Source: Nemertoderma westbladi
Taxonomy: Eukaryota; Animalia; Xenacoelomorpha
NCBI GenBank assembly: GCA_032718475.1
Contig: JAUCBJ010008428.1
Span: 53,858 to 117,857 of the forward strand
Direction: 5' to 3'
Length of the DNA: 64,000 bases
Shown: positions 24,001 through 35,857 of the stretch, in pieces
Numbering within the stretch: the first letter of the stretch is position 1
Layout: the number at the start of each line of letters is the position of its first letter
Notes under the pieces: model-generated
What the model was told of the DNA's origin: nothing
Seen by the model: the letters and a program-made list of their open reading frames with translations, nothing else
Database searches by the model: none
Translations under genes and position numbers: made by a program

Positions 24001-27000
24001 CCACTAGTTTCATCCCGCTTCTGCACTTGCACTAGCTCCGTCCGTACTCCTACCCACTAGTTTCATCCCGCTACTGCACTTTCACTAGTTCCGTCCGTAC
24101 TCCTAGCCACTAGTTTCATCCCGCCACTGCACTTGCACTAGTTCCGTCCAATCCTACCCACTAGTTTCATCCCGCTACTGCACTTGCACTAGTTCCGTCC
24201 AAACCTACCCACTAGTTTCATCCCGCTACTGCACTTGCACAAGTTCCGTCCATACTCCTACCCACTAGTTCCGTCCGTACTCCTAGCCACTAGTTTCATC
24301 CCGGTACTGTACTTGCACTAGTTCCGTCCGTACTACTAGCCACTAGTTTCATCCCGCTACTGCACTTGCAATAGTTCCGTCCGTACTACTAGCCACTAGT
24401 TTCATCCTGCTACTGCACTTGCACTAGTTCCGTCCGTACTACTAGCCACTAGTTTCATCCCGCTACTGCACTTGCACTAGTTCCGTCCGTACTACTAGCC
24501 CCTAGTTCCATCCCGCTACTGCACTTGCACTAGTTCCGTCCAATCATACCCACTAGTTTCATCCCGCTACTGCACTTGCACTAGTTCCGTCCGTACTACT
24601 AGCCACTAGTTTCATCCCGCTACGGCACTTGCACTAGTTCCGTCCGTACTCCTACCCTCTAGTTCCGTCCGTACTCCTACCCACTAGATTCATCCCGCTA
24701 CTGCACTTGCACTATAGTTCCGTCCGTACTCCTACCCACTAGTTCCGTCCGTACTCCTAGCTTCTAGTTTCATCCCGCTACTGCACTTGCACTAGTTCCG
24801 TCCGTACTCCTAGCCACTAGTTTCATCCCGCTACTGCACTTGCACTAGTTCCGTCCTATCCTACCCACTAGTTTTATCCCGCTACTGAACTTGCACTAGT
24901 TCCGCCGTACTCCTACCCACTAGTTCCGTCCGTACTCCTAGCCACTAGTTTCATCCCGCTACTGCACTTGCACTAGTTCCGTCCACTCCTACCCACTAGT
25001 TTCATCCCGCTACTGCACTTGCACTAGTTCCGTCCGTACTTCTAGCCACTAGTTTCATCCCGCTACTGCACTTGCACTAGTTCCGTCCAATCCTACCCAC
25101 TAGTTTCATCCCGCTACTGCACTTGCACTAGTTCCGTCCAATCATACCCACTAGTTTCATCCCACTACTGCACTTGCACTAGTTCCGTCCGTACTCCTAG
25201 AAACTAGTTTCAACCCGCTACTGCACTAGTTCCGTCCAATCCTACCCACATCCCGCTACTGCACTTGCACTAGTTCCGTCCGTACTCCTAGCCACTAGTT
25301 TCATCCGCTACTGCACTTGCACTAGTTCCGTCCGTACTCCTAGCCACTAGTTTCATCCCGCTACTGCACTTGTACTAGTTCCGTCCAATCCTACCCACTA
25401 GTTTCATCCCGGTACTGCACTTGCACTAGTTCCGTCCGTACTCCTAACCACTAGTTTCATCCCGCTACTGCACTTGCACTAGTTCCGTCCAATCCTACCC
25501 ACTAGTTTAATCCGGCTACTGCACTTGCACTAGTTCCGTCCGTACTCCTAGCCTCTAGTTTCATCCCGCTACTGCACTTGCACTAGTTCCGTCCGTACTC
25601 CTAGCCATTAGTTTCATCCCGCTACTGCACTTGCACTAGTTCCGTCCGTACTCCTAGCCTCTAGTTTCATCCCGCTACTGCACTTGCACTAGTTCCGTCC
25701 GTACTCCTACCCACTAGTTTCATCCCGCTACTGCACTTGCACTAGTTCCGTACACTCCTAGCCACTAGTTTCATCCCGCTACTGCACTTGCACTAGTTCC
25801 ATCCGTACTCCTAGCCACTAGTTGCATCCCGCTACTGCACTTGCACTAGTTCCGTCCTATCCTACCCACTAGTTTCATCCCGCTACTGCACTTGCACTAG
25901 TTCCGTCCGTACTCCTACCCACTAGTTCCGTCCGTACTCCTAGCCTCTAGTTTCATCCCGCTACTGCACTTGCACTAGGTCCGTCCGTACTCCTAGCCAC
26001 TAGTTTCATCCCGCTACTGCACTTGCTCTAGTTCCCTCCTATCCTACCCACTAGTTTTATCCCACTACTGCACTTGCACTAGTTCCGCCGTACTCCTACC
26101 CACTAGTTCCGTCCGTACTCCTAGCCACTAGTTTCATCCCGCTACTGCACTTGCACTAGTTCCGTCCGTACTCCTAGCTACTAGTTTCATCCCGCTACTG
26201 CACTTGCACTAGTTCCGTCCGTACTCCTAGCCACTAGTTTCATCCCTCTACTGCACTTGCACTAGTTCCGTCCAATCCTACCCACTAGTTTCATCCCGCT
26301 ACTGCACTTGCACTAGTTCCGTCCGTACTCCTAGCCACTAGTTTCATCCCGCTACTGCACTTGCACTAGTTCCGCCCGTACTCCTACCCACTAGTTTCAT
26401 CCCGCTACTGCACTTGCACTAGTTCCGTCCGAACTCCTACCCACTAGTTTCATCCCGCTACTGCACTTGCACTAGTTCCGTCCGAACTCCTAGCCACTAG
26501 TTTCATCCCGCTACTGCACTTGCACTAGTTCCGCCCGTACTCCTACCCACTAGTTTCATCCCGCTACTGCACTTGCACTAGTTCCGTCCGAACTCCTAGC
26601 CACTAGTTTCATCCCGCTACTGCACTTGCACTAGTTCCGTCCGTACTACTAGCCACTAGTTTCATCCCGCTACTGCACTTGCACTAGTTCCGTCCGAACT
26701 CCGACCCACTAGTTTCATCCCGCTACTGCACTTGCACTAGTTCCGTCCGTACTCCTAGCCACTAGTTTCATCCCGCTACTGCACTTGCACTAGTTCCGTC
26801 CGTACTCCTAGCCACTAGTTTCATCCCGCTACTGCACTTGCACTTGTTCCGTCCAATCCTACTCACTAGTTTCATCCCGCTACTGCACTTGCACTAGTTC
26901 CGTCCGTACTCCTAGCCACTAGTTTCATCCCGCTACTGCACTTGCACTAGTTCCGCCGTACTCCTACCCATTAGTTCCGTCCGTACTCCTAGCCACTAGT

Positions 27001-28448
27001 TTCATCCCGCTACTGCACTTGCACTAGGTCCGTCCGTACTCCTAGCCACTAGTTTCATCCCGCTACTGCACTTGCTCTAGTTCCGTCCTATCCTACCCAC
27101 TAGTTTCATCCCACTACTGCACTTGCACTAGTTCCGCCGTACTCCTACCCACTAGTTCCGTCCGTACTCCTAGCCACTAGTTTCATCCCGCTACTGCACT
27201 TGCACTAGTTCCGTCCGTACTCCTAGCTACTAGTTTCATCCCGTTACTGCACTTGCACTAGTTCCGTCCGTACTCCTAGCCACTAGTTTCATCCCGCTAC
27301 TGCACTTGCACTAGTTCCGTCCAATCCTACCCACTAGTTTCATCCCGCTACTGCACTTGCACTAGTTCCGTCCGTACTCCTAGCCACTAGTTTCATCCCG
27401 CTACTGCACTAGCACTAGTTCCGCCCGTACTCCTACCCACTAGTTTCATCCCGCTACTGCACTTGCACTAGTTCCGTCCGTACTCCTAGCCACTAGTTTC
27501 ATCCCGCTACTGCACTTGCACTAGTTCCGTCCGTACTACTAGCCACTAGTTTCATCCCGCTACTGCACTTGCACTAGTTCCGTCCGAACTCCTACCCACT
27601 AGTTTCATCCCGCTACTGCACTTGCACTAGTTCCGTCCAAACCTACCCACTAGTTTCATCCCGCTACTGCACTTGCACTAGTTCCGTCCGTACTCCTACC
27701 CACTAGTTTCATCCCGCTACTGCACTTGCACTAATTACGTCTGTACTCCTACCCACTAGTTTCATCCCGCTACTGCACTTGCACTAGTTCCGTCCGTACT
27801 CCTACCCACTAGTTTCATCCCGCTACTGCACTTGCACTAATTACGTCTGTACTCCTACCCACTAGTTTCATCCCGCTACTGCACTTGCACTAGTTCCGTC
27901 CGTACTCCTACCCACTAGTTTCATCCCGCTACTGCACTTGCACTAATTACGTCTGTACTCCTACCCACTAGTTTCATCCCGCTACTGCACTTGCACTAGT
28001 TCCGTCCGTACTCCTACCCACTAGTTTCATCCCGCTACTGCACTTGCACTAGTTCCGCCCGTACTCCTACCCACTAGTTTCATCCCGCTACTGCACTTGC
28101 ACTAGTTCCGTCCGTACTCCTAGCCACTAGTTTCATCCCGCTACTGCACTTGCACTAGTTCCGTCCGTACTCCTAGCCACTAGTTTCATCCCGCTACTGC
28201 ACTTGCACTAGTTCCGTCCGTACTCCTAGCCACTAGTTTCATCCCGCTACTGCACTTACACTAGTTCCGTCCAATCCTACTCACTAGTTTCATCCCGCTA
28301 CTGCACTTGCACTAGTTCCGCCCAATCCTACCCACTAGTTTGATCCCGCTACTGCACTTTCACTAGTTCCGTCCGTACTCCTACCCACTAGTTTCATCCC
28401 GCTACTGCACTTGCACTAGTTCCGTCCGTACTCCTACCCACTAGTTTC
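12073..28448. repeat. 51/53-bp satellite, consensus CACTAGTTTCATCCCGCTACTGCACTTG + CACTAGTTCCGTCCGTACTCCTA(G/C)C, with higher-order duplications
   Basis: Continuous array of alternating 28-bp and 25-bp (or 23-bp) subunits, each with ACTAGT. Confidence 0.98.
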
Positions 28449-29229
28449 TTAAATTTGTTTTAAAACACTAGCTAGACTAAAAATACTAGCTACTTAAAAA
28501 TGCATTATTATGTTTTTGTCGGAAATTAAATCAACGACCTTTTAAGGTCGAAAACCTCCGTAATGAAAATTTAAGCTTGGTGGTATGTGCTTCCTTCGTG
28601 CCAGGCAGGCATTATTAACCAACCAGTCCCCACGGACATACGATTTAGTACTCAACTTTCAAGGCAATTATCTTAGAATTAAATTATTAATTTTCAAAAT
28701 ACTATTAAATTACTACTACCATTTTGTAACCAATTGCCAACCCCAAAAAATTTTTAAGGGGAGAAATTACAGGTAATGACAGTCGGAAATGATTTTTTTA
28801 GTATAAAGCGATTTCCTAAACTGAAATTAGTAACAAGGAGTTCTATCAGAACGTTTTTTTTATTTATCGAATATAATATTTTATCGGAAAAATGTAACTA
28901 GTCACCGACTGGTACTAATTTTATATTTCATTTACATAATGTTTACTGTTTAGCAATAGGTGTGTTGTGACGCGTAATTATAAATATCAGCAGGCGTGAT
29001 GTCAACTCCAACTCCGACCAAAAGTACAGTACTCCAACTCCGACCAAAAGTAATGATCAGTGAACGTGTCAAACACAAAAAACCGGAGACAACCCGAAGG
29101 CTCCACTCTCACGGCTGCAACCTATAAGGAGGCGAGGCACCACACTAACTCCATTTAATGTTAAATACTCAAATTAAATAAAGGTTAAATAAAGTTAAAT
29201 AAACAAAGTTAAATACTTAAATTTCAAAA

Positions 29230-29760
29230 TTCTGTCTATACAATTTTTGCGGGGAATATTCATCTACATAATTTTGCAAACAGAACGAAAATCCATGGAG
29301 TAGTTAAAAAGTAGATAGAGAAAGTGTCCCAAAAAAAGCCAATGCTAGAAAATTACATTTAAATTTCATCCTGATTACAACTGACCAAACATGCACCAAA
29401 AGTGAAAATTTTTCAAATATATGCTACTTTTGTGGTTTTGATACCTATAGGGTAAAATTTTCGGCGCTGATTCCGAAAATGGCAAAATATTTGCATATTT
29501 ATGGATGTTTGATGGTCTTATTTGGTGTCAAATGTGGTGCTGCACCAAAATTAAAAAATTTGAAATTTTGAGTGAAAATTACAAAGTTACCATAACCCGA
29601 GAACTAAACACCTTATCGAAAAACTGATTTCAGATTCGGAATCACCACAAAATTTTACATTGATAAAAAAATTATGATGAAAAAAAAGACTGGGGGTGAA
29701 CCCCCCCCCCCCCCCCCCAATCTTAAGTTTGGTCCAAAATCAGACAGTCTGTCTGTCGGT
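29230..29760. repeat. Unclassified non-autonomous interspersed repeat (possibly HINE/DINE-like); related sequence at about 47400-47960
   Basis: Both share TTTTCGG..CGCTGA, ATAAC(C/T)CGAGAACT, TTTCAGATT, a GGGGG..C-run and a GTCT microsatellite. Confidence 0.35.
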
Positions 29761-31072
29761 ACTGGTATAGTTTCAGACTTTAAATAAAAACCGAAATAAA
29801 TCAGTCAATCGTTGATGAAATAAAAATGAACTTGGTAAGTGTGCCGTCTCGTACTGCGCGAAGGCCCCACAAATGTGTGCACTGCTGCATCTTCATAATT
29901 GAAAATTAGTGAAAGACAGACATTGTACTGTACATAAATTTCCGGAATTTTGGACTCTGACACCAGCTAAAACCATTGAATCCGTGGGACTCCCACTCAG
30001 ACTTCAGAAAGCATGCCCCTGTCCACTGAAATCTAGGAGACCCAGATATAGTATTATTATATTATTGTACGAATTTTTATTCAATAATGTTGTCTTTAAC
30101 TTTAATTGACCGAAAAAAAACACAATAATATATCCTTTTGATCAAGTTCCATACAGTAGGTATGAAATGTGAAAAATATCTTTGAAACAGTGAGGGTCTC
30201 ATTTTCTTTATTTGAGATTTCAGTAAAAAATTTAAGTTTCAATTTCTAAACCCTAGGTTTACCTACCTAGATTAACATAGGTTTCAACGATCTGGCCACT
30301 TTTTTGTGTTTTGACACTACTGTAGGTTTACCTACCACCATTAGCAGTTGCAACAATTCCCAGCATCAGTAGGCCTATTTGTACTTGATACATGGTTGAG
30401 CTTTCGGTTTCCGTTTAGCTGAAACAGATAAAAATTTATTGCTCAGAAATTATCCACAGCATTTATGTTATGAAAATTGCCTCATGGTGAAGTGGTGAGA
30501 AGAGAGGGGGGAAACTTGACGTATAACCAACCCATTCATATTGGGTCATAATTTTATGTTTGATTATGATTATCACCGCATATTATAAATTCTATAGAAT
30601 ACTCATTCATTACACCATGTCCTGGAATATAATGTCGTTATTCGGGTACCTGCCCCCCCCCCCCCCAAAAAAAAAAAATTCTACAAATCGTAATGAGATT
30701 GCATGGAATTTGAAACAGAGATAGTTGTACCTACCTTCCCCTAGGGGAGGGGGGGGGGGGGTAGAATATGCAGTACGCTGTACATACATGAATTTAACCC
30801 GGGATGGTGGACAACAACTATAGTCTGTTGAGAGCATTTTGTTTTAACTTTTTTGTATGCAACATTATTATATTTTAATTTTGATGTATTATTATTTTAT
30901 ATTGTTCATTATACTGTACATTTCGGACCCAAAATTATTATATTCACATTTACCTTTCGAACACAAAATATTTAAAATTATTATTTATTTTTCTCCTTTA
31001 TTTTTTGATAATATTTTTGTTAGTATTATAAAGAGGCCTACTTTATTACTCTATTATACAGTATATACAGTA

Positions 31073-31291
31073 TATACTAGACAGGTCGTACAGCATCTAT
31101 CTACTGACTAAGAAACTAAAAAGTACCAACTACTAGCACAGAAGTAAGCACAGAAAAATGGAGTTACCGGTAGCGGTCCACTGTCTGATTGTGTATACAC
31201 AGTCAGACAGTGGACCGCTAGTATTGACCGGTAGTTGGTGCTTTTTAGTTTCTTAGTCAGTAGATAGATGCTGTACGACCTGTCTAGTATA
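31073..31291. mobile_element. Palindromic MITE
   Basis: About 60-bp inverted repeats TATACTAGACAGGTCGTACAGCATC... at 31073-31133 and 31231-31291; 50-bp internal palindrome at 31171-31220; TA context. Confidence 0.85.
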
Positions 31292-31300
31292 CTGTATATA

Positions 31301-32894
31301 CAGTCGGGGTCTCAAAGTGCATCTGTTCTTTGAGATTTTCTCAAAGTTTTTCTAAAAGTGTCTAAAAGTCATTACATTACTCCCAACGGCCGCTTTGAAT
31401 TCTTGTAGACACTTTTAGTTGGGAATATCAAAGTGATTTCCTGCTTTTAGGCACTTTGGATTCTTTGAGAAATGTCACTTTGAGGTAGTTTGCGGCACTT
31501 TGAATTCTTTGAGAAAATAAACTCCGAGGTATTCCTGATTGACAGCTCGTGGTAAGTTAACAGATGCAGAGGCATTCTCGGGGAACAATATCATGTGGGC
31601 AACAAAGTGATACTTGTGGGTTAGCCAGTTGTTGCCTAGAAGCTATTCCCATTAATTTATCACATTGAGGTTCCCGAGGGTATTACGGGATGAGTTTTCG
31701 GTCGCAAGTACAAATTGAATTTACTGCGCCCTTTGAAAAGCATTCTACCCCCCCCCCCCCCCCCCCACCCTCCCTCCCCTTCTATTTGGAAATAATAACC
31801 TTATATAAAAGTCTTTCTAAAAAATATTCTTAAAAATCAAATAATACGTGAAACATAATTCGTGAAACAAGATTAATGCTTGACAAGAATGATTAATTTA
31901 ATAATAACATAATACAATATAAGATTAACAATTAATATAAGAGAAACTGCACTGCATTTTCTCTGTGTACGCAGTTTCATTACAATGACCTGAAGAAGCC
32001 CTGTTGGGAGAAAGTTATAATAACTTTGTTATTCATTTCATTAGTCACCTGAGGTCAAACCGTACTACCTTAACTGTTTAATTAATATGATAACTACGGT
32101 GACAAGAGCGCGAGAATTCATTCTTAAAAACTAAGAAAGGCTTTCAACTTTCAAGCAAGATAGAACGGCTACACTCTTGTGTTGTTTTAACTTAATAGAA
32201 TACAGATATTAAAATAACCCCTGCCCCTGGCGTTTATATTTGAGGATATTTTAAATGTTTGCCTGATATTCAATTGATGTGTACCGCCTTCTGGCAAAGC
32301 GGCACCCAGTTTAAGCTATCAATCATAGCTAGCTAGTAGCGACAAGTGCAGAGCCGGAAAGAACTGTCGTAGGCTTTGCTTGGCCATTTGTGGTACCATT
32401 TGATTACATAATAGATTTTGGCAGACTGGGCGGTCGATCTGACCATATGCATTGCGCACCAAGAATGCCTAAAACATCTATGGGAACAGCCAATTAGTGA
32501 GCTCTAATCATTTCTCTTTATAAATAATTCAATAAAAATTTTTACTACAGTAACAAATTATTCTCGCTTACTGCAGAAAAAGACAATTTTTTATTACTGC
32601 AGTAATAATTAATTCTTACTTTCAGTAACAAATAATTATTACTGCTGTATTTTTTGGAGGCATTTTTATTGTTTGTTGTATTGGTTTTTATTACTTATAT
32701 TTTACCCTTTAGCAAAGTCAATATACCCCATACCATAGCCAGCTTCAGGCAGGACTGTATGAAATGACTGACAGTATTACTTTGAAATCTTTGAGGACAC
32801 TTTGTCATTTTCTTGGACCACTTTTAGAACTTTGAGACACTTTTAGATCTTTGAGAATTTCTCAAAGAACAGATGCACTTTGAGACCCCGACTG
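31301..32894. mobile_element. Non-autonomous TIR DNA transposon, Tc1/mariner-like
   Basis: Perfect 35-bp TIR CAGTCGGGGTCTCAAAGTGCATCTGTTCTTTGAGA; TA on both flanks; subterminal CTTTGAGA repeats; no transposase ORF. Confidence 0.85.
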
Positions 32895-33656
32895 TATAAT
32901 AATAATTATTATATTACATAAATATATATTATATTATATATATAGTATATAATTATTATATTGGTTTTCATTATTATTACATTATTATTACATAACTGTA
33001 CATTATATATATTTGGCAATAAATCTACTTTCATCACCTGTAAAAGTAAAAGATCGCAACACCCTTAATTAAATCTGTTTCCGCCGGTGACCTGGGCATC
33101 TTTCTATGTGAGCCAGAATTTACGTGTTTGTAAAAGGTGTCTCCTGCGAAATTTCACCAGTTACGTTTTTACATATTTTGAATCCATAATTGCATTAATT
33201 AAGGATTCCAAATATGTAAAAACGTTTGAATTTGTTTGGGAAATAGCTGAGATATGGGCATTCGAAGTTTCTGTAGTATTTGTATATGTACATTTACATT
33301 TGCACATGTATTTGCTTCCCTTGCAGGCCATTTAATATATTTAATAAATATGGTGAGTCGGAAAATACACCTATCGGGCTGCAATCATATTGTATTCGTA
33401 AATTGTTATCATGACCGGTAAGCGGTGCTGCTGTTGGCTAGGCGGCACTGTATGTACTACAGTCTGACAGTACACAACGTGCGACCTACAGTATCCCACA
33501 CCGTCTGACTGTTGACTGCGCCGTGATACTGAAAGTATATTGGTGTATATACAAGGACTACCATATTGGGGCGAGCCACGTAGTAATGAGTCCGGGCTGG
33601 ATGGTATCCCTACACCCCCTTTCTAGTTTGTTGGTGCACCCACAATCCACAAACTA

Positions 33657-35747
33657 TCATAGTCTATTGGGCGGTTTCCCTCGGCGGCGTGGGTAGGAAC
33701 GGCGTGGCCAATTGGGAGACGCACTGGCTTGTTCGTCAGCCCAGTGAACGCCCTTCTGTGGCGTTGGACGGGGCGTGGCGGCGCTGGAGCCGTCGTTGAT
33801 GCCAGTGGCCGTGTCCTGTATGAGGTGGCGGCGGTTGTGGGTGAGGCACCGACCGGAAGGCGTCCGAACGGTGTACTTCCAGTTGGGATTGGATTCCACA
33901 ATGACCCCGGTGCGGTCCCAACGTTTCGTTGTGGGGTTCTGAACCCGCACAGGTGCCCCTACCGCTAAGGGTACCCCCCTTAGGGTCGCGCGCCACGATT
34001 GTATGTGGCTGTCTGGGATTTTAGGAGCGAGGGCACTGCCTGGTCGAGCTCCGTACGGGTCGTCTGGTGGTCGGCGAGGAAAGCCCGGCTATGTGTAGGC
34101 ACCCGAGTGCGTACTGGGTGACCGAACAGGATCTCAGCCAGCGACTTTCCGTAGGCGCGGGGGAAGTTGCGAAGTTCCAGCAGTCCCTCCAGTCCCTCCT
34201 GGAATGACGATGAGTCCAGTTTCCCCCCTGTCTTAGTTAGTAACGCCTTAGTCGCCTTGACAGCGGACTCCGCAAGGCCGTTACTCTGTGGGTAAACTGG
34301 GGAGGAGGATGTGATAGGCTCGACTCCCCAGACGCTTAGGAAATCGGTAAAGTTCTTTCCTGAGATCTGTGGGCCGCCGTTAGAAGCGAAACGCGTGGGG
34401 ACACTGAACCGGATGAAGATGTCCCAGATGTGTGTGGCTGTGGAGGCGGCCGTGGGGTAGCTACTGTACCCATATACCTTGGGCCACCCCGAGTAGTGGT
34501 CTGCAGTGGCGAGGTAGTGTTTGCCATTGAGTTCGAAAAGATCACCTGCGATCTCCTCGAACGGTCGTGTGGCCTCGCGGTCACGTAGGAGTGGCTCCTT
34601 GGCAAGGTTGGGCCGGTATGTTATGCACGGCTCGCATGAGGCACAAGTAGTCCGGATGTCATTAGTTAGCCCTGGCCAGTAGACCGTCTGGCGGGCACGC
34701 CGCAGAGTCTTTTCGACTCCCTGGTGGGCTGCGTGGAGGCGAGCCAGTGTTTCCCGTTGTGCGGCACGCGGGACCACGATTCGCTGTCCGTACAGCACCA
34801 GGTCGTGGTCGGCTGAGAGTTCGTCCCAGATAGACCAGTAGGGTTGGACTCCCGGGAGTTGATGGGAGGGTGGCGGGAACCCAGCCTGAATGGCGCCGAG
34901 GAGGGCGACATAGTCGGGTTCGCTCCGTGCCGTCGTTCCCAATGTGCAGAGGAGGAGGGTTGTCATCCACCGAGTCAGAGTCCTCCCCTATGATGTTGGC
35001 CACCTGTGACGTCACAGCGTGTAGATAGTGGCCTATGTCCCTCACAAGGAACAACGCATCGGGGATGCGGTGTTCCTTCCCTTTCCTCCATATGGTTGTA
35101 AATACATATGACGACAGTTTGGATTTCAACCGCTGGATCCTCGTGTTGTCCGTGGTGTCGATAGTCTGGATGTCCAGGATCGACAACAGCGGCTGGTGGT
35201 CCACCACTAGTTTGAAGTGAGGGAGGCCCACAAGGTATAGGCGACACTTGTGGGTGGCCCAGGCGACAGCGAGCAACTCGAGCTCCACCATCGCGTAGCG
35301 CGACTCCGTATCCGTTATAAAACGGGAGCCACAAGCGACAAGCCTCCAGTCGGTTCCGTGCCGCTGGAGGAGCGCGTACCCCAACCCATTCTTCCGGGAG
35401 GCATCAGTCTCGAGCGTCGTATTGAGTTCCGGCTCGAAGGGAGCGAGGATGGGTGGGGAGACTAGGGCACGTTTCATCGCTGAGAATGCCTCCTCGTGGT
35501 CTGAGTTCCAATGGTATGTGTTGTGGGACCAGAGGAGGGGTCGGAGAGGGGACATCGTGGTGGAAATGTCCATTGAAAACGGGGCGAGTTGCTCGACCAA
35601 CCCGACGAAACTCCGCAAGTCGGTGATGTTGGTCGGTCAAGGGAAACCCGCGATGGCCCTTACCTTGGCCGGGTCGGCCCGGATTCCATCGGCCCCGACA
35701 ACGTAACCCGCGAACTTGACTTCGCATTGGGCGAATTGGATCTTGTC
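33657..35747 (-). pseudogene. pol: Gypsy pol: RT C-terminus, RNase H and integrase (frameshifted)
   Basis: [34 protein letters not shown]; HAAHQG..CEPC zinc finger; YPQSNGLAESAVK; LLELRNFP. Confidence 0.93.
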
Positions 35748-35857
35748 TGGATCTTGAAATTTTAATAATTTCAATATCCCTTTTTGTTTTCTGTAATAAT
35801 ACTAGGCCAGCACTTTCAAACAATTTTAAATTAACTCTTGCTATTATATATAACGCA

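Noticed and set aside
1-28448. CRISPR-like reading of constant core plus variable spacer
   Set aside because: Only two short recurring spacer types, no unique spacers, no cas genes, eukaryotic context.
31988-32020. Second hammerhead-like motif CTGAAGA-AGCCC-TGTT-GGGA-GAAA
   Set aside because: Stem II closing pair is mismatched and no convincing stem I or III; at best a decayed copy.
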